Shown here one piece after another: positions 19,801 to 26,105 of a stretch of 47,506 bases of DNA (its first letter is position 1; each line of letters begins with the position of its first letter). The stretch comes from an uncultured Patescibacteria group bacterium (GTDB taxonomy: Bacteria; Patescibacteriota; Patescibacteriia; UBA2591; CALHIP01). The translations under genes and the position numbers were made by a program. Below the pieces are notes generated by a model that did no database searches, was not told the origin of the DNA, and saw only the letters and a list, made by a program, of their open reading frames with translations. The stretch lies in NCBI GenBank assembly GCA_938030745.1, contig CALHIP010000004.1:1-47506 (forward strand), written 5' to 3'.

Positions 19801-19927
19801 TGAAAAGATCGATCCCTTTTCAAAAATAGAAGAAGAAAAAATGAAATATCTTTTTTTAAGTGCTTTAACTTTATTGATTATTTTAATTTCTTTATTGATT
19901 AAAAAGAAAAAAGAAAAATTAATTTAA
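16868..19927 (+). CDS. Large cell-surface protein: signal peptide, 4 lamin-tail-domain (LTD) repeats, PKD domain, tandem OB-fold-like region, C-terminal TM anchor
   Basis: 1019 aa. Signal peptide ...ARPVKA-QW. Four LTD signatures: VVISEV...DEFIELYNPTDNPIDLTGYFL; VVINEF...EEWIELYNNTDQEIDLTNWKI; IIINEI...NEFIELKNITDYEIDLDGWKL; ILITEF...SEWIEIFNANDKEIDLSGWFL. PKD motif DASDSYDPDGDSLTYFWDLGDGT. C-terminal LFLSALTLLIILISLLIKKKKEK. Overlaps the ftsB-like gene by 17 nt. Confidence 0.8.
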   Translation: MKGKNKKIFNLFLLGMLFFSGFFFVLARPVKAQWVNHVVISEVQISGNTADDEFIELYNPTDNPIDLTGYFLKKKFKNTKGEIIEETFVINTYFVNKIIQPRKFLLLARKDYYQGLVVPDITWPKSYYLSNNNTIILYDASANIIDKLGWGPEAPDSETQPFPQNPGKNQSIERKASQYSTAITLGSGGQEEKSGNGWDTNNNAMDFVLQTTPNPQNSFSPTENELPLSKPVQQEQQLEQQDQQQEEYKTQNFPSDVVINEFVSDPVDGEEEWIELYNNTDQEIDLTNWKIEEGSGAQTNLSGKIGPKDFFVVEKIKGYLNNTGDIIKLIDSNGRIIDQVSYGNWDDFNKDDNAPTTSDPNSIARIIDGYDTDQDNLDFKISTIPSKGKPNKFLKEYPLGIIINEILPNPKGDDSENEFIELKNITDYEIDLDGWKLEDKGGTKFVISSKNFPTTKILAKGFFVIKRKDSKIALNNSGLETIKLYQPNDNLVDEVSYSGDIAEDLSYARDEKNDWFWTIQPTPGQENIIKKANQKPKAVISSLNKALVNEEIIFDASDSYDPDGDSLTYFWDLGDGTKSENILVKHIYKKAGKYNVKLEVKDSFGETDSTSLKIEILKDEKGEKIIYFNPTELKILITEFLPNPEGSDESEWIEIFNANDKEIDLSGWFLDDAEGGSKPYKIKEGTKILPGEYLVFERKETKIALNNNFDSVRLLDPEGNLFYEISYEKSKEGFSYALDENGEWHWTSILTPGNKNIFSEETKSKTKIATEKGKILEIPLSEVRNQDIGDLIKVKGVVSVEPGVLGSQIFYLSGSGIQIYSSKKEFPNLKIGDKVEIVGELAEYKGETRIKVSLKDDIKILENGIPPEPKKVKTGEIDEDLEGSLVVVIGQMIESKTNYFYLDDSSGEIKVYLKSTTGIKKPKMKEGDWLKVIGIVSQYSQEYRILPRYQSDIELIRKITDSIKFQTASNLSQTKSLFEKIDPFSKIEEEKMKYLFLSALTLLIILISLLIKKKKEKLI

Positions 19928-19951
19928 AGTTATCCACAGTTTAGAATTTAC

Positions 19952-19979
19952 TTGATTCTCTTTTTATTTTTTTTATAAT
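19952..19979 (+). promoter_or_regulatory. Predicted sigma70-type promoter of the speB operon (leaderless geometry)
   Basis: TTGATT (19952-19957), 16-nt spacer, TATAAT (19974-19979). The ATG at 19986 begins 7 nt after the -10, where a transcription start would be expected. Confidence 0.45.
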
Positions 19980-19985
19980 TAAAAA

Positions 19986-20846
19986 ATGAAAAAAAATTTT
20001 CTAAATTTAGAAAAAAAATTTTCTGATTTTGAAAAATCAAAAATAATAATTGTCAGTTTTCCTTTCGAAAAAACTACAAGTTATCTTAAAGGAACAAAGT
20101 TTGGTCCAGAAAAAATTATTAATGCTTCTTCTCAAGTCGAACTTTTTGATGAAGAAGAATGGTTTGTGCCATCAAAGATAGGAATTTCAACTTTAATAAT
20201 AAAACCTTTTAAGGGTCATGAAAAAGCATTAAAACAACTTGAAAAAATCGTTAAGAAAATATTAGATCTTAAGAAATTTCCAATAATTTTAGGTGGTGAA
20301 CATTCAATTACTATTGGTTCTTTAAAAGCAGTACAGAAATTTTTTAAAAAATTTACTCTTTTACAATTTGATGCTCATGCTGACTTAAGAGATTCTTGGC
20401 TCGGTCTTAAGCTATCTCACGCAGCTGTAATGCGTCGTTGTTTAGAAATTGATAATAATATTAATTTAGTTCAGGTTGGTGTTAGAAATATTTCAGAAGA
20501 AGAATTGCCATTTTTTGAAAAAAACAAAAAAAGAATTAAAACTTTCTGGGCTAAAAAATGGCAAAAAGATAAAATTTTAAAATTTTGTCAAAAAAATATT
20601 TTTTTAACCTTTGATTTTGATGTTCTTGATCCTTCAATTATGCCATCAGTCGGTACTCCTGAACCAGCCGGATTAGATTGGGATAGAACTTTAGATTTAT
20701 TAAAAATGATTTGCCAAAAAAGAAAAATTATTTGTGCTGATTTTGTTGAATTCCGTCCAATTAAAGATTTTGTCGCTCCTGATTTTTTAGCAGCAAAATT
20801 AATTTATAAATTTATATCTTATTTAGTTAAATTTCAACGTCTATGA
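19986..20846 (+). CDS. speB: Agmatinase (arginase/ureohydrolase family)
   Basis: 286 aa. Mn-binding motifs GGEHSIT, FDAHADLRD and DFDVLDP. Its stop overlaps the next start. Confidence 0.8.
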   Translation: MKKNFLNLEKKFSDFEKSKIIIVSFPFEKTTSYLKGTKFGPEKIINASSQVELFDEEEWFVPSKIGISTLIIKPFKGHEKALKQLEKIVKKILDLKKFPIILGGEHSITIGSLKAVQKFFKKFTLLQFDAHADLRDSWLGLKLSHAAVMRRCLEIDNNINLVQVGVRNISEEELPFFEKNKKRIKTFWAKKWQKDKILKFCQKNIFLTFDFDVLDPSIMPSVGTPEPAGLDWDRTLDLLKMICQKRKIICADFVEFRPIKDFVAPDFLAAKLIYKFISYLVKFQRL

Positions 20847-21898
20847 TAAAAGAATTAAAAAAATTTTTAAAGAAAAAAGTTAAAGCTATTGAAGTAAAAA
20901 CTCCAAAAAAAATTTCTAAACTTTTATCAGAAATGAAAGAAACTGGTTTTCAAGGAAGAAAATTAGCTGAAGTAGTAGAAATTTGGGAAAAGATGATAAA
21001 AGATAAAGATGTAACCATTTTTTTCGGTTATGCTGGTTCTTTGTCTACTACCGGTCAATGGAAAATAATTAATTGGTTAATTGAGAATCGTTTTATTGAT
21101 GTTTTAGTCTCTACTGGTGCTAATATTTCAGAGGATATTGTTGAAGCAATGGGAAAAAGTTATTGGCAAGGCCATCATTTAGTTCCTGATGATTTATTAT
21201 TTAAAATTGGTCTGAATCGTTACTATGATGTTTATGGTCGAGAAGATGATTATTTTAAAATGACAGAAATAATAGCTGATTTTATTATGACTCTTAAAGA
21301 AAATTATAATTACTCTTCAAGAGAATTTTTATCTCTTTTTGGCAAATGGCTTTTGAATAAAGGAATAAAAAGTATTGTTGCAACAGCGGCAAAATATAAA
21401 GTGCCAATTTTTTCTCCGGCAATTGTTGATTCTCCCTATGGTGATGCTGGCTTGATTGCTAAAAGTAAGGGTTTTAATTTAGTTATTGATAATATGAAAG
21501 ATTATTTTGAATTTATGAAAATGGCTGAAAAAGTTAAAGATACAGGTGTAATTTATATTGGTGGCGGTGTGCCAAAAGATTTTATTCAACTTTTTGCTGT
21601 TACTTCTGATTTGCTTTATGAAAATAAAAAAATTCCAGGAAAAAAAGGAAAAAAAAGAATTTTAACTGATGAATCATATTATCCACATAAATATGCGATT
21701 CAAATTACAACTGATTCTCCACAATGGGGAGGATTATCAGGTGCTACATTAGATGAAGGTATTTCCTGGGGGAAAGAATTGCCAAAAAGAGAAAATTTTG
21801 TTCAATGTTTTTGTGATGCAACTATTGCTTTGCCAATTGTTGTTCATGCTTTAGCTGAAAAAAAACTTAAAAGAAAAGGAAAAATTTTTGATTTTTAA
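20843..21898 (+). CDS. Deoxyhypusine synthase-like protein
   Basis: 351 aa. DHS-family features: NAD-binding STGANISEDIV, IGGGVPKDF, and the catalytic-lysine context EGISWGKE. Confidence 0.82.
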   Translation: MIKELKKFLKKKVKAIEVKTPKKISKLLSEMKETGFQGRKLAEVVEIWEKMIKDKDVTIFFGYAGSLSTTGQWKIINWLIENRFIDVLVSTGANISEDIVEAMGKSYWQGHHLVPDDLLFKIGLNRYYDVYGREDDYFKMTEIIADFIMTLKENYNYSSREFLSLFGKWLLNKGIKSIVATAAKYKVPIFSPAIVDSPYGDAGLIAKSKGFNLVIDNMKDYFEFMKMAEKVKDTGVIYIGGGVPKDFIQLFAVTSDLLYENKKIPGKKGKKRILTDESYYPHKYAIQITTDSPQWGGLSGATLDEGISWGKELPKRENFVQCFCDATIALPIVVHALAEKKLKRKGKIFDF

Positions 21899-21904
21899 TT
21901 TTTT

Positions 21905-22717
21905 ATGATTTTTGTTATTAAAGCAAATGGTCAAAAAGAAGAATTTTTGCCGGAAAAAATTAAAAGAAGTTGTTTAAAGGCTGGCGCTTCAGAATCTTTA
22001 GCTAATGAAATTACAAAAAGAATTTCTCGCCAAGTCAGAAATGGAATGACGACAAGGGAAATCTGGAAACTGATTTTCCGATATTTAGGAAAAGAGGCAC
22101 CGATTATTGCCTCTCGTTTTTCTTTAAGAGAAGCACTTCTTCGACTTGGACCGAATGGGTTTTATTTTGAAAAAATAGTCAGTCAAATTTTTAAAGCCGA
22201 AGGATATCAAGTTGAAACTAATAAAATTTTTTCTGGTGCTTGTGTTGAACATGAAGTCGATATTGTAGCAAAAAAAGAAAATGAAAATTTAATGATTGAA
22301 TGTAAATTTCATAATCAATATGGGATTTATACTGAAATAAAAGATATTTTATATGTTTGGGCAAGATTTTTAGATTTAAAAGATGCTGGTCATAATTTTA
22401 CTCAGCCAGTTTTGGTATCTAATACTAAATTTTCCGAATCAGCAAAAAAATATGCTAGTTGTAAAAATTTTTCTTTAATTGGCTGGGCTTATCCAGAAGA
22501 AAAAAATTTACAATATTTTATTGAAAAAAATAAACTTTATCCAATTACTGTTTTACGTCGGCTTGAAAAATATTATCAGGAAAAACTTTTAAAGTATAAT
22601 ATTGTTTCTTGTCAAGACCTAATAAAAGTTGAACCAAAAAAATTACAAAAAGAAATCGGTCTTGATCCAAGAAAAATTGCTATTTTACAAAGCGAAACAA
22701 ATTTACTTTTAAAATAA
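21905..22717 (+). CDS. ATP-cone domain fused to a PD-(D/E)xK (Mrr-like) nuclease domain, with a C-terminal helix-hairpin-helix-like tail
   Basis: 270 aa. N-terminal ATP-cone pattern (VIKANGQKEEFLPEKIKRS...TTREIWKLIF). Nuclease core FEKIVSQIFKAEGYQV...HEVDIVAKK...LMIECKF. 6 nt downstream of the DHS-like gene. Confidence 0.68.
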   Translation: MIFVIKANGQKEEFLPEKIKRSCLKAGASESLANEITKRISRQVRNGMTTREIWKLIFRYLGKEAPIIASRFSLREALLRLGPNGFYFEKIVSQIFKAEGYQVETNKIFSGACVEHEVDIVAKKENENLMIECKFHNQYGIYTEIKDILYVWARFLDLKDAGHNFTQPVLVSNTKFSESAKKYASCKNFSLIGWAYPEEKNLQYFIEKNKLYPITVLRRLEKYYQEKLLKYNIVSCQDLIKVEPKKLQKEIGLDPRKIAILQSETNLLLK

Positions 22718-22718
22718 T

Positions 22719-22747
22719 TTGACATTTTCTAAAAAAATTATTAAAAT
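22719..22747 (+). promoter_or_regulatory. Predicted sigma70-type promoter for CDS 22809
   Basis: Consensus TTGACA (22719-22724), 17-nt spacer, TAAAAT (22742-22747). Confidence 0.55.
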
Positions 22748-22748
22748 T

Positions 22749-22762
22749 AATTAAAAGGTCGA
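22749..22762 (+). promoter_or_regulatory. Conserved promoter-proximal box AATTAAAAGGTCGA (copy 1)
   Basis: A 14-nt block identical to 26197-26210, starting 1-2 nt after the -10 box in both cases. Followed by the palindrome GAATTTATTAAATTC. Confidence 0.55.
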
Positions 22763-22808
22763 ATTTATTAAATTCTTTTTATCAATCCGGTCCTAAGTAA
22801 TTAAAATT

Positions 22809-24674
22809 ATGAATGAAAGTTTTGAAAAAATACAATTTGGAGAAAAAAGAGAGGAGCTTGAGAAAAAAGGGAAGTTAAAAGAATTATTTTTTGTGAAATT
22901 TGCTAAGAAATTTGAAAGGTTTCTATATCCACTTATTCTTAGTCTCTTTTTCGTCGGAGGAGGGCTAAAAGCAAAAGATTCGGAAAGAATATATTCGGAT
23001 TATTCAAAAAAAGTCGTAAAAACAGTCGAACTCTTCCTTCAGCATAAAAAAGAAATGGAACCCAAGGTAATAAATATTAATAAGGGGGTCCCACCTGAAC
23101 TTAGAGAAACTCAAAAGAAGATTCTTTCAGAATGGATAAAAGAGAAAGGAGAAATAAAGATTATTGATTTAAAGACACTCGAAACCGAATATCCCAAGAG
23201 TGTTTTTATTAATTTAGTAAAAGAGTATCTTAAAGAGACTGAAAATCTAAGAGGGATAGAAAGAAGTGAAGCCTTTAAAGAAATAATAGATTATTTTAAC
23301 GAACTTTTTTCCTATTTTCGTTTTCGCGGAGATGAATTTTCTGAGGAAGATCGTCGAGAATTACTTTTCGCGCGTTGGGCTATTATTACTGAATTTTTAA
23401 AACAAAATGCCTATCATCCTGGTACTTCATTAGAACGCATTGTTAAAGATGCGCAGAAAAATTTTGAGATTTATGATCGGCAAATGAAGGACCTAATTTC
23501 ACGTATGGAAATGGAAAAAGAAGGTCAACCGCTGATTCTCTCGCCAAACCTAGTTAAAAATGAAGATGGAACATACACATTAGATTTGAAGGATTATGAA
23601 ATTAGTATGTTGATAGGTGGAGCTAAAATTGAAGGTTTAGATCCTTTAGATTTATTTGGAGTGAGAATTGAAAACGTTGTTTCACTTCGATATTTTACTC
23701 CAGAAAAATGGAAAAAAAATCTTATTTCAGAAGGAAAAAATTTTATTAAGAAGATAGAAGATGAATTAGGATTAAAGTATAAAAATGATCCTTCTGGTGA
23801 AGCCCAGAAATTAAAAGATCAATACATCATTATTAATGCTATTTGTGAAAGTGCAGAGAATTTTGGCCGACCAGTACGTATTAAATTAAGCAATGGAAAA
23901 ACAATTGAGGTTACTTTTAATTTTGATATTTTAGCTGGTGTTGCAAGTAAAGGAGTTTTATGTGGCAATTATACTGAAGTGAAACGTAGCGATGGCGGAT
24001 TTGAAGTTATAGATGAGAAAGAAAAACTAACCAAAAGGGTTTCTTGCGGTAGCGGTTGGGAGATATTACTTTTTGGGATACCCCCTTTCTTTCTACTAAA
24101 GAAAAGAAAAAAGAAAGAAAAAGAAGAAAAGAAGGAAGGAGAATCAATTTTAACTCCTCCACCAGAGACCTTTTTAACTAAAGAACCTGGAAAAGAGGTG
24201 GAATCTAAGATTCCAGGAACTGAAAAGTTTAAGATAGATGATGATAAAACCGCGCAACTTTTAGGTTTAAAAAAAGGCGAAGAATTGACACTAGAAAAGC
24301 TGGAAGAAATTATTAGTGGTGCTAAAAAAGAAAATGAAGTCTGGTATTTAGTTCTTGAAGAAAGAAAAGAATTGTTAGACAAAAAACGTGCATTAGAGGA
24401 AGAAATCCAGCGTTTAAAAGAGCAGATAGAAGAAAGAAAGAAAGAATTAGTTGGTAAATTAATTAAAGAACGAGAAAGAAAGCAGGAAATTAAAAAGGAA
24501 GTTATAATTCAGACAAAGGAAGATATGGAAAAGATTAAAGAATTAGAGAATATAAAAAAAGAATTATTAGAAAATCAGAAAAAACTTAAGGAAATAGAAG
24601 AAAAACTAAATGAATATAAAAAAGAAAATTTAAATCAGGAAGAGTTGCTAAGGAGGATCGAAGAGAGGAAATAG
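22809..24674 (+). CDS. Hypothetical two-TM membrane protein with a long E/K-rich coiled-coil C-terminus
   Basis: 621 aa. Hydrophobic segments at about residues 40-53 (YPLILSLFFVGGG) and 415-430 (GWEILLFGIPPFFLL) flank a non-repetitive domain of about 360 aa. The final ~130 aa show heptad-like E/K/L repeats. No family recognised. Confidence 0.65.
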   Translation: MNESFEKIQFGEKREELEKKGKLKELFFVKFAKKFERFLYPLILSLFFVGGGLKAKDSERIYSDYSKKVVKTVELFLQHKKEMEPKVININKGVPPELRETQKKILSEWIKEKGEIKIIDLKTLETEYPKSVFINLVKEYLKETENLRGIERSEAFKEIIDYFNELFSYFRFRGDEFSEEDRRELLFARWAIITEFLKQNAYHPGTSLERIVKDAQKNFEIYDRQMKDLISRMEMEKEGQPLILSPNLVKNEDGTYTLDLKDYEISMLIGGAKIEGLDPLDLFGVRIENVVSLRYFTPEKWKKNLISEGKNFIKKIEDELGLKYKNDPSGEAQKLKDQYIIINAICESAENFGRPVRIKLSNGKTIEVTFNFDILAGVASKGVLCGNYTEVKRSDGGFEVIDEKEKLTKRVSCGSGWEILLFGIPPFFLLKKRKKKEKEEKKEGESILTPPPETFLTKEPGKEVESKIPGTEKFKIDDDKTAQLLGLKKGEELTLEKLEEIISGAKKENEVWYLVLEERKELLDKKRALEEEIQRLKEQIEERKKELVGKLIKERERKQEIKKEVIIQTKEDMEKIKELENIKKELLENQKKLKEIEEKLNEYKKENLNQEELLRRIEERK

Positions 24675-24764
24675 CTTTCCTTTTAACTCTGATAAGAATA
24701 AATTCTAAGTGATTGTTACTCAATAAGAGAATAAAATTGTTTTCGCTTTAGAAAAGATCCTATA

Positions 24765-24806
24765 TTACTATATAATTTTTAGCGGCCGTGAAAAATTATT
24801 TAGTAA
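24765..24806. repeat. P element copy 1: 42-bp AT-armed palindrome centred on CGGCCG
   Basis: TTACTATATAATTTTT-AGCGGCCGTG-AAAAATTATTTAGTAA. The 16-nt arms are complementary with one mismatch and share 15 nt with P element copy 2. Confidence 0.85.
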
Positions 24807-24877
24807 TGTTTAAGTGAGGCATAGATAGAAATTTTCTATACTATTTCTTGCTGAAGCAAAATCAATTTTTAAATAAT

Positions 24878-24912
24878 ATAGTCTATTTTCTGCGGCCATC
24901 CGAAAAGAGGAG
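24878..24912 (+). repeat. R element copy C (ATAGTCTATTTTCTGCGGCCATCCGAAAAGAG + GAG)
   Basis: 31 of 32 core positions match copies A and B (CGGCCG becomes CGGCCA). Its 3' purine block AGAGGAG ends 6 nt before the ATG at 24919. Confidence 0.9.
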
Positions 24913-24918
24913 ATAATT

Positions 24919-25290
24919 ATGATTGCTAAAATTTTCCTTTACATTTTTGGTCTTCTCTGGTTGATTTATTCTATAATAATGATTTTTGCTCCAGCTTATT
25001 CCAAGAAAGTTGGTCGTTCTTGTTTAAAGATTCCAATTTGGTTTGGCGGAATTGTTTCCGTTGGTTTTGCTATCTTGCTTTGGTATTCAGCCTCTGCCTC
25101 TCTTTCTCCAACTCTGGTGAAAGCAATATCTCTACTTTCTATCTGGAAAGGCCTATTCCTTCTTCTTGCTCCAATTGACGATTTAAAGAAAACAACTGAT
25201 TGGTGGTTTGCTCTTTCTGATTTAGCTTATCGAATTTTAGGTATTTTATTTTTACCAGTAGCAATTTATTTCATTTTGCGGATCGTTTAA
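24919..25290 (+). CDS. Small polytopic membrane protein, unknown function
   Basis: 123 aa with about 4 predicted TM helices. It is the only CDS in the window preceded by a strong GAGGAG Shine-Dalgarno-like block, which is supplied by R copy C. Confidence 0.6.
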   Translation: MIAKIFLYIFGLLWLIYSIIMIFAPAYSKKVGRSCLKIPIWFGGIVSVGFAILLWYSASASLSPTLVKAISLLSIWKGLFLLLAPIDDLKKTTDWWFALSDLAYRILGILFLPVAIYFILRIV

Positions 25291-25355
25291 TTTTTTTGAA
25301 ATGAGAAGTTATTAGATTGATAATTTTTTATTCTTTCAAATCCATAATAATTTGT

Positions 25356-26102
25356 ATGAAAAAAAACATTGGTATCTTAGGTTACGGTGAAGTTGGTAAA
25401 ACACGTGCTTTATTTTATCATAGAAAAAAATATAATCTTCTTATTAAAGATATCAAAAAAGATGATTTTAAAAATGAAAAATTGGATATTTTAAATGTTT
25501 GTTTACCATATATCAAAAATTTTGAAAAAATTGTTATTGAAGTAATAAAGAAAAATAAACCAAATTTAACAATTATTCACTCTACAGTTTTACCTGGAAC
25601 AACGAAAAAAATTATTAAAATAACTAAAGGGAAAATTGTTCATTCGCCGATTCGTGGGGATCACCCCCACCTTTATCAAGCTATAAAAACTTTTATTAAA
25701 TATATAGGTTGTGAAGATTTAAAAGCTGGAAAGTTAGCAGAAAGACATTTCAAAGAAATTGGGATTAAAAAAATAAAAATTATAAAACCAGCTATAGTGA
25801 CAGAATTAAACAAATTGATTGATACAACTTATTATGCTCATTGCATTGTTTTTACTGATTATGTGGCTGAAATTTTTAAAAAATATAAAGTACCATTTAA
25901 GACATTTTGGGATTTCAATCTTTCTTATAATGATGGTTATGAAAAAATGGGTAAGAAAAATGTTATTCGACCAACCCTTTTACCAACAAGTATGTTTGGT
26001 CAAGCAGGAAAAATTACTGGCCATTGTCTTATTCCTAATGCCGAACTTTTAGAGAAAATTTTTCCTCATCCAATCACTAAATATATTTTAAAATACAGAT
26101 AA
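25356..26102 (+). CDS. Short NAD(P)-binding oxidoreductase, UDP-glucose/GDP-mannose dehydrogenase-like (lacks the C-terminal domain)
   Basis: The track ORF starts at TTG 25317. The ATG at 25356 gives MKKNIGILGYGEVGK (Rossmann GxGxxG). HSTVLPGTT and TELNKLIDTTYYAHCIVFTDYVAEI resemble the UDPGDH N-terminal and central-helix regions. Family call is tentative. Confidence 0.5.
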   Translation: MKKNIGILGYGEVGKTRALFYHRKKYNLLIKDIKKDDFKNEKLDILNVCLPYIKNFEKIVIEVIKKNKPNLTIIHSTVLPGTTKKIIKITKGKIVHSPIRGDHPHLYQAIKTFIKYIGCEDLKAGKLAERHFKEIGIKKIKIIKPAIVTELNKLIDTTYYAHCIVFTDYVAEIFKKYKVPFKTFWDFNLSYNDGYEKMGKKNVIRPTLLPTSMFGQAGKITGHCLIPNAELLEKIFPHPITKYILKYR

Positions 26103-26105
26103 AAA

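Noticed and set aside
19930-19938. A perfect DnaA-box consensus TTATCCACA between the LTD gene and speB, as a possible origin of replication.
   Set aside because: It is a single box, with no cluster of boxes, no adjacent dnaA/dnaN and no obvious AT-rich unwinding repeats beyond background. My rough expectation for one such 9-mer on either strand of 47.5 kb at this composition is about 0.5, so it may be chance.
25317-25355. N-terminal extensions in the ORF track: TTG 25317 for the dehydrogenase-like gene, TTG 28219 for nadD/nadE, and 43480 for the BNR protein.
   Set aside because: The extensions add hydrophobic or low-complexity residues ahead of canonical N-terminal motifs (Rossmann GxGxxG, the NadD GGTFNPPH loop, a signal peptide). 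The extension at 43480 overlaps holB. I prefer the internal ATGs at 25356, 28255 and 43501, although this cannot be proven from sequence.
25654-25670. A GC-rich inverted repeat, GTGGGG-ATCAC-CCCCAC, inside the dehydrogenase-like gene.
   Set aside because: It is a single 6-bp stem inside a coding region that encodes RGDHPH. It has no repeat partner elsewhere in the window, and the G/C content is forced by Gly/His/Pro codons.
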